From an uncultured Candidatus Binatia bacterium (GTDB lineage Bacteria > Desulfobacterota > Binatia > UBA9968 > JAJDTQ01), in contig OZ244070.1 of assembly GCA_965215605.1 (NCBI GenBank), positions 2,016,001 to 2,080,000 of the forward strand: a DNA stretch of 64,000 nt, given 5' to 3'. Position numbers and translations under genes: made by a program. The notes beneath the pieces are model-generated. The model had not been told where the DNA came from, did no database searches, and saw only the letters and a program-made list of their open reading frames with translations. Of this stretch, positions 58,181-64,000 are shown piece by piece. Numbering within the stretch: position 1 is the first letter of the stretch; the number at the start of each line of letters is the position of its first letter.

Positions 58181-60466
58181 TTAATTCCCGGCTTCCCGCA
58201 GCGCCCGCAGCACGTTCTCGGGGCTCAGGGGGAGCCTGCGGACGCGCACGCCGGTGGCGTTGTAGATGGCGTTGGCGATGCAGGCCATGGGCGGCACGGA
58301 GCCGATCTCTCCCGCGCCCTTGGTGCCGTAGGGTCCGGCGCCGGGGTAGCCCGGCACGGTGACGGCCTCGATGCGCGGCAGCATGTTGATGGTCGGCATC
58401 AGGTAGTCGACGAAGGTCGGGTTCAGCGTCCGCCCGTCGCCGTCGTGCACCACCTGCTCGCACAGCGCTTGGCCCAGGCTCATGGCCGCGGCGCCTTCGA
58501 TCTGGCCTTCTACCGCCTTGGGATGCACCACGAAGCCCACGTCATGCACGGCCACGTACTTCAAGATCTTCACGTTGCCGGTGTCGGCGTCCACCTCCAC
58601 CAAGGCGGCGTGGGTGGTGAAGGGCTGAGAACTGCCGCGCTCCCGCTCGTCGGCCTGGGAGGCCTTGGAGTCGAAGTAGCCGCGGCCGATGACGTCGCCG
58701 ATCTCGTTGTGTCCCGCGTTGCAGACCGACGCCAGCGACACCGACCGTGACGGCGCGCCCTTGACCTGGACCTGCCGGTCGACGATTTCCAGGTCCTCCG
58801 GGCTGGCCTCCAACTGTCCCGCGGCCATGCGCAGGATCTGTTCGCGGGCGTCCTCGGCCGCCAGCTTGACGGCGTTGCCGGAAACCAGCATCGAGCGGCT
58901 GCCCACGGTGCCCGCGTCCCAGGGACTGGCGTCCGTGTCCACGTTGAGCACGGTGACGTCGTCGGTGGAAATGCCCAGCACCTCGGCCACGATCATGGGG
59001 ATGCCGAAGGGGGCGGCGGTGCCATAGTCCACCTTGCCGATGTGCACCGTGGCGGAGCCGTCCTCGTTCATCTTGACCACCGCGCCGCCGCCGGGTCCCG
59101 CGCCCTCGATCCACGCCCCGGTGGCGAACCCGATGCCCTGGTTCTTTCCGAGCTTGACCTTGCCCCAGCCGATCTTCTCCTTGGCGAGGTTCAGGGTCTC
59201 GGCCAGCGAGCTGTCCCGCAGCTTGGGGACGCCGACGATGCCGTCGCCCTTCTCGGGCACGTTCTTCAGGCGGAACTCGATGGGGTCCATGCCCAGCTCG
59301 GCGGCGAGGGAGTCCATGTGGGATTCCATGGCGAAGGTGGCCTGGGGGCCGCCGGGGCCGCGCACCGGACCGCATACCTGCTTGTTGGTGTAGACGGTGA
59401 AGCCGTCCATGTGGATGTTGGGCAGGCGGTACCAGCCGCCCACCATCTGGGTGCAGCGGCCGCCGGCCTGGTTGCCGAAGCCCGAGTAGCCGCCGGCGTC
59501 GTACACCACCTTGCCCTGGCGCGCCACCAGGGTGCCGTCCTTCCTGGCGCCGGTCTTGATCCAGATCTTGCAGCCGGAGCGGATGGTGGTGGAGATGGTC
59601 TCTTCCGCCTTGTCCATGACGATCATCACCGGCTGCCCCGCGGTCAGCGCCAGCAGCGCGCAGATGGGCTCCAGGCCCGCGCTGGAGGTGACCCCGCTGC
59701 CCTTGCCGCCGAAGCCGCCGCCGATGCCGGTGGAGATGACCCGCACCTGGTTCAGGGGCAGTCCCACGAGGTTGGCGACTTCCGTGCGCACCGGGAAGGG
59801 CGCCTGGGCGTTGGCCCACACCGTGAGGCGGCCGTCCTCCTCGGGCCGGGCCGCGGCGATGCGCGGCTCCAGGTACTGGGGATGGATCATCCTGGTTTCG
59901 TAGACCTCGTCCACCACCACGTCGGCTTCCGCCATGGCGGCCTCGGCGTCGCCGATGTTCACCGCCGCGTAGCCGCAGACGTTCTTGACCTGCACGCCTT
60001 CCGGCAGGTTCTTGGGCAGCGGCATGTCCTCGTGGATGGTCGGCGCCGACTCCTTCATGGTCTCTTCCGGGTCCACCACCACCGGCAGCGGCTCGTAGGT
60101 GACCTTGATCTTCCCGAGCGCTTTCTTGACCAGCGCCTGGCTGTCCGCCGCCACCGCCGCCACCGGGTCGCCCATGTAGCGGACCTTGTCCTTGGCGAGG
60201 ATGTAGCGGTCGATGTAGGAGCGGCCGTAGCGCACGTCCGGCGCATCCGCGGCCGTCACCACCGCGCGCACGCCGGGGATGGCCTTGGCCTCGCTGGTGT
60301 CGATGCCGACGATTTTCGCGTGGGCATGCTCGCTCCGGAGCACGCCGCCGCTGAGGGCGTCGGGCAGGTTCAGGTCGATGCCGTAAACGCCCTTGCCGAC
60401 CACCCGCTCGACCCCGCCCTTGCGGGGCATGTCGGTTCCCAGGACGGTGTATTCAGCCTTTGCCAT
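58181..60466 (-). CDS. Xanthine dehydrogenase-family molybdopterin-binding subunit
   Basis: GGGFGGK, RGPG.PQ, TVGSR, GQIEG, KGAGE. Confidence 0.93.
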   Translation of the reverse strand: MAKAEYTVLGTDMPRKGGVERVVGKGVYGIDLNLPDALSGGVLRSEHAHAKIVGIDTSEAKAIPGVRAVVTAADAPDVRYGRSYIDRYILAKDKVRYMGDPVAAVAADSQALVKKALGKIKVTYEPLPVVVDPEETMKESAPTIHEDMPLPKNLPEGVQVKNVCGYAAVNIGDAEAAMAEADVVVDEVYETRMIHPQYLEPRIAAARPEEDGRLTVWANAQAPFPVRTEVANLVGLPLNQVRVISTGIGGGFGGKGSGVTSSAGLEPICALLALTAGQPVMIVMDKAEETISTTIRSGCKIWIKTGARKDGTLVARQGKVVYDAGGYSGFGNQAGGRCTQMVGGWYRLPNIHMDGFTVYTNKQVCGPVRGPGGPQATFAMESHMDSLAAELGMDPIEFRLKNVPEKGDGIVGVPKLRDSSLAETLNLAKEKIGWGKVKLGKNQGIGFATGAWIEGAGPGGGAVVKMNEDGSATVHIGKVDYGTAAPFGIPMIVAEVLGISTDDVTVLNVDTDASPWDAGTVGSRSMLVSGNAVKLAAEDAREQILRMAAGQLEASPEDLEIVDRQVQVKGAPSRSVSLASVCNAGHNEIGDVIGRGYFDSKASQADERERGSSQPFTTHAALVEVDADTGNVKILKYVAVHDVGFVVHPKAVEGQIEGAAAMSLGQALCEQVVHDGDGRTLNPTFVDYLMPTINMLPRIEAVTVPGYPGAGPYGTKGAGEIGSVPPMACIANAIYNATGVRVRRLPLSPENVLRALREAGN

Positions 60467-60490
60467 GGGTCTTGACTCCTTCCCACCCGT

Positions 60491-60961
60491 TTACGACATC
60501 CGCTTGGCGGCCAGTTCGACGGCGTCGAAGATCTTCGTGTAGCCCGTGCACCTGCAGATGTTTCCGGAGATGGCCTCCTCGACATCCTCGGCCGTGGGGC
60601 TCTTGGTGCGGTCCAGCAAGGCCTTGAGGGAGACGATGAAGCCCGGTGTGCAGTAGCCGCACTGCACCGCGCCGGTGTCGATGAAGGCCTGTTGCACCGG
60701 GTGCAGCTCGGCGCCGTCGGCGATGCCCTCCACCGTGACCAGGTCGGCCCCGGCCGCGTCCGCTCCCAGGACGACGCAGGAGTTCACCGGCTTGCCGTCC
60801 ATGATGATGGTGCAGGCGCCGCACTCGCCCGTGTTGCAGCAGAGCTTGACGCCCTTGTAGCCCAGCGTGTCGCGCAGGAAGTCCACCAGCGCGGTGGACG
60901 GCTCCAGCTCGGCCGTGTGAGTTTTGCCGTTTACCGTGAGTGTGATCTCCAGGCCCATCAC
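60491..60961 (-). CDS. Molybdenum hydroxylase (2Fe-2S) subunit
   Basis: C..GECGACT, QCGYCTPG, NICRCTGY. Confidence 0.93.
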   Translation of the reverse strand: MMGLEITLTVNGKTHTAELEPSTALVDFLRDTLGYKGVKLCCNTGECGACTIIMDGKPVNSCVVLGADAAGADLVTVEGIADGAELHPVQQAFIDTGAVQCGYCTPGFIVSLKALLDRTKSPTAEDVEEAISGNICRCTGYTKIFDAVELAAKRMS

Positions 60962-61827
60962 GCCACCTCCTTACCGGTTAACGCTTGCCAGCACTGTTCC
61001 AGCCCCCGGCGCGTCAGCGCGTCCACGATCCAGCCGCGGTACTCGCCGCTGCTGCGCTGGTCGGTGATGGGGCTCGACTCGGATGCCGAGCTTGCGCCGG
61101 CCTCCTTCAAGAGGGCCGCGTCAAGCGCCTTGCCCGAAACCAGCGCCTCGGTCTTCGGCGCGCGGACGGGCGTGGGCGCCACCGCCCCCAGGCCGATGCG
61201 GACATCGTCCAGGGCGGTCTTGTCTCCGTTGGTCCTCGCCATCACGGCGACTCCCACCATGGCGATGTCCATGGGGCCGCGCACCGCGTGCTTGAGGTAC
61301 ACGGCGTGGCTCCCGGCCGCGGGAAAGGGCACCGAGATGCCCGTGAGCAGGCCCTTGGAGCCGAGGCTGGTCTTGCCCGGCCCGCGGAAGAACGCGCTAA
61401 AGGGCTCGGTGCGGACGCCGTCGGAGAAGGTCACCTCGGCCGCGGCCTCCAGCACCAGCAGCGGCGTCAGGGTCTCGCCCGAAGGAGAGGCCCGGCAGAT
61501 GTTGCCGCCGATGGTGGCGGTGTTCCGGATCTGCAGCGAGGCGAACTGGTGCGCCGCCTGCCACAGCAGCGGCAGCCGCTCGCGCACGAGGTCGCTCTCC
61601 TCGAGCTCGTGGATGGTGGCCAGCGGGCCGATGTGGACGCCGCCGTTGCTCTCGCGGATAGCGTTCAGGTCCGGGATGCGCTTGATGTTCACGAGGCAAC
61701 CCGGCTCGTCGCTGTACTTGATGTCCACCATCACGTCGGTGCCGCCGGCGATGACCTCGGCCTGATCACCGTGCTGGTCCAGCAGCGCGAGCGCCTCGTC
61801 GACGGTCTTGGGTTCGAAGTAGTCCAT
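60958..61827 (-). CDS. Molybdenum hydroxylase FAD subunit
   Basis: IAGGTD, QIRN.ATIGGN. Confidence 0.93.
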   Translation of the reverse strand: MDYFEPKTVDEALALLDQHGDQAEVIAGGTDVMVDIKYSDEPGCLVNIKRIPDLNAIRESNGGVHIGPLATIHELEESDLVRERLPLLWQAAHQFASLQIRNTATIGGNICRASPSGETLTPLLVLEAAAEVTFSDGVRTEPFSAFFRGPGKTSLGSKGLLTGISVPFPAAGSHAVYLKHAVRGPMDIAMVGVAVMARTNGDKTALDDVRIGLGAVAPTPVRAPKTEALVSGKALDAALLKEAGASSASESSPITDQRSSGEYRGWIVDALTRRGLEQCWQALTGKEVA

Positions 61828-62021
61828 GGATTCCTGCTCCCGGCTGTAGTCTTGATATGTCCTTCGCCCGTGTGTCTGTGGGTTCTCTTAGCCCAGTCGC
61901 AGGGCAGATGGCAAGAAGGGCAGGGAGGGTTCCAGTTGTCCGGTCGCGGTGTTATTGTCGTGGCGGGCGCCGGCGCCGCCGAGGCGCACCCTTACTTGAC
62001 ATCCACTCCGGAGGAACGGCC

Positions 62022-63044
62022 ATGGCGAAGGAAAGCACGGAGTACCGGGAGCACTGGGGGAGGGAGGGCTTCGCCGGGACCGGGGTGAACGTCACCCGCA
62101 CGCACCACAGTCCGGACTTCATCTCGGTCACGGGCCCGCATGTGCCGCACCGGCTGAACGTCGGCGCCGTGGCGTTGCCAGAGCGCGACGATGCGGAGGC
62201 GCTGCCCGTCGCTTTCCACGCGGGCCGCACGGGTGTCCAGCTCAGCGTGTCCGGACGCGCCCATCCCATGCCCTTCGTGGTGTCCAACGTCGAGGCCGAC
62301 GAGGTGCACTTCGTGCAGGAGGGAGAGCTGGAGTTCCGCACGGCCTACGGCACGCTCACCGGAGAACCCGGCGACTTCGTGGTCATTCCGCGCGGGATCC
62401 CGTACCGTGTCCGGCCCGAAACGGATTCGAGCCTTTCGGTCATCGTCGAGACCCCGGGAGCGCTCCGCTTCGATCCGTCGCCGACCTTCGGCTCCGGGCT
62501 CCGGTGCGCGGTGATCGGCGAAGACGAAGCCCAGGACGTGGAGACCGTGCTGCTGCTCAAGTCCTTCGACGGCGTCACCCGGTACGTCAAGCCGACGAAC
62601 CCGCTGGCCACCCAGGCCCTTGTGGACGGTCCCAGCCCGGTATGGAAGCTGAATCTCAGGGACGTCCCCACCGATGAGAACGGTCCTCCGGTCCAGTTCA
62701 TTGCGTCGCCCGGCCGGGACGAGCTGTTCTACAACCTGAGCGCCCGCCACCGCCGTCGCCCGCCCATCCACAACAACGTGGACTACGACGAGCTGATCTA
62801 TTACTTCGAGGGTCCCGGCGCCTGGGGCGGCGTGAACGAGCCCGGCATGCTGACCTGCGTGCCCAAGGGCGTGATCCACCACGGCCCCTCCGAGGACGTG
62901 CCCGAGGGCTACTACGCGTGGATGCTGGAGTCGCGCTGCACCCTGCGCCTGACCGACGCCGGCGCGGCCGCCGCGGAGCTCATGGAGACCGACCTCTACG
63001 GCCCCCACGCCACCAGCCGGGACGGCGCCGCCAACGGCCGGTAG
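62022..63044 (+). CDS. Homogentisate 1,2-dioxygenase-like protein (short, divergent)
   Basis: N.EADE..F, GDFVVIPRG, PP.H.N.DYDE, HGP. Confidence 0.75.
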   Translation: MAKESTEYREHWGREGFAGTGVNVTRTHHSPDFISVTGPHVPHRLNVGAVALPERDDAEALPVAFHAGRTGVQLSVSGRAHPMPFVVSNVEADEVHFVQEGELEFRTAYGTLTGEPGDFVVIPRGIPYRVRPETDSSLSVIVETPGALRFDPSPTFGSGLRCAVIGEDEAQDVETVLLLKSFDGVTRYVKPTNPLATQALVDGPSPVWKLNLRDVPTDENGPPVQFIASPGRDELFYNLSARHRRRPPIHNNVDYDELIYYFEGPGAWGGVNEPGMLTCVPKGVIHHGPSEDVPEGYYAWMLESRCTLRLTDAGAAAAELMETDLYGPHATSRDGAANGR

Positions 63045-63062
63045 GTTCGGGAGACCGGGCTC

Positions 63063-64000
63063 TTGCGATGGCGTTTCCGCCGGCCCGCGAAGCGCGGCCG
63101 CACCCTGGCCGCGCTGGACGTTCGTGACTTCCGGCTGCTCTACATCGCTCTTTTCGGAACCTCGGTCAGCTATCAGCTCCAGCGCACCATCGAGCTCTGG
63201 CTGGTCTACGATCTCACCGGTTCCCCCCTGTTGACCGGTTTCACCGGCTTGGTCCGCGGTTTGGCTACGCTGGTATTCCAACTCGCGGGAGGAGTCGTGG
63301 CCGACCGTATCGACCGGCGGCGGTTCGTGATCCTGGTCCAGGGGGTGAATGCCCTGATCACCCTGTCCCTGGGGACGCTGGCTCTCACCGGCCTCATCGC
63401 GGTGTGGCACATCTACCTGGCGGCGTTCGTTAACGCGACCCTGACCACCGCGGCGGGACCGGCACGGACCGCCATGGTCCCGGGCCTCGTGCCGCGGGAG
63501 CTGCTGGTCAACGCCTTCGCGCAGATCGCGTCCGTCCGCAAACTGTCGCAGCTCGTGGGCCCCGCGGCGGGCGGCGTCCTGATCGGCGTCGCGGGCTCCG
63601 GCTGGACCTACGCGGTGGCCTGCCTGATCTATGTCGTGTCCGTCCCGATCATGGTGTGCATGCGCTACGAGTCCGGGCCGCTGGACCGGGAGCAGTCGCC
63701 GGTGAAGAGCCTGCTCGAAGGGGTCGCCTTCATCCGGCGCAACTCGCTGATCGTGGTCCTGCTGGTGACCGAGTTCGCGGCGGTCTTCTTCGGCAGCTAC
63801 CGGGCGCTGCTGCCGATCTTCGCCGTGGCCATGGGCCTCGGCCCCGAAGGCTTGGGCATCCTCCTGGCCGCGCCGGCGCTGGGCGCGCTCCCCGGAGTGG
63901 CCGCGGTCATGTGGCTGGGGAACATCTCGTACAAGGGCCTGTTCATCTCGTTCAGCGTCATGGCCTACGCCGGTTGCCTTTTCGGGCTGGCGTTCTCCAC
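63063..64000 (+). CDS. MFS transporter (EntS/DHA3-like), runs off the window
   Basis: Manual translation from TTG: ALDVRDFRLL...WLVYDLTGSP...GGVVADRIDRR. Confidence 0.82.
   Translation, partial: MRWRFRRPAKRGRTLAALDVRDFRLLYIALFGTSVSYQLQRTIELWLVYDLTGSPLLTGFTGLVRGLATLVFQLAGGVVADRIDRRRFVILVQGVNALITLSLGTLALTGLIAVWHIYLAAFVNATLTTAAGPARTAMVPGLVPRELLVNAFAQIASVRKLSQLVGPAAGGVLIGVAGSGWTYAVACLIYVVSVPIMVCMRYESGPLDREQSPVKSLLEGVAFIRRNSLIVVLLVTEFAAVFFGSYRALLPIFAVAMGLGPEGLGILLAAPALGALPGVAAVMWLGNISYKGLFISFSVMAYAGCLFGLAFS

Noticed and set aside
58181-60466. Aerobic CO dehydrogenase CoxL
   Set aside because: The active-site loop reads PVRGPGG, not AYxCSFR (form I) or AYRGAGR (form II)
63068-63127. ATG at 63068 as the MFS start (implying a frameshift)
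   Set aside because: That frame stops at 63127, whereas the MFS frame is open from TTG 63063, so no frameshift is needed

Overview
A GC-rich bacterial chromosomal window, mostly catabolic genes. It carries several amidohydrolase_2 enzymes, family III CoA-transferases, a duplicated Rieske dioxygenase, molybdenum hydroxylase subunits, cupins and a BoxB-like di-iron protein. Housekeeping genes are thiSGE, holA, nth, a classical menF-D-H-B-A-C-E cluster and tRNA-Thr(CGT). Defence and mobile islets are a type III restriction remnant, an IS3, DUF4160/DUF2442, VapBC, McrBC and two AAA_14-DUF4143 ATPases. The gene inventory resembles uncultured Binatia/'Deltaproteobacteria' genomes (inference only). 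The most notable unexplained structure: (1) each AAA-DUF4143 gene has its own precisely phased array upstream (3 palindromes at 33-bp period; 4 direct repeats at 23-bp period); (2) an EutA-like ATPase is paired with a bicupin and no eutBC is present; (3) a synonymously diverged duplicate of the first 17 codons of a gene brackets the 2-kb defence islet; (4) a CoA-transferase/MaoC/CADD-like operon is divergent from an alpha-beta-alpha' Rieske cluster; (5) an antisense relic of a coiled-coil gene overlaps a signal-peptide region. All family assignments come from motif recognition by eye, with no database searches.
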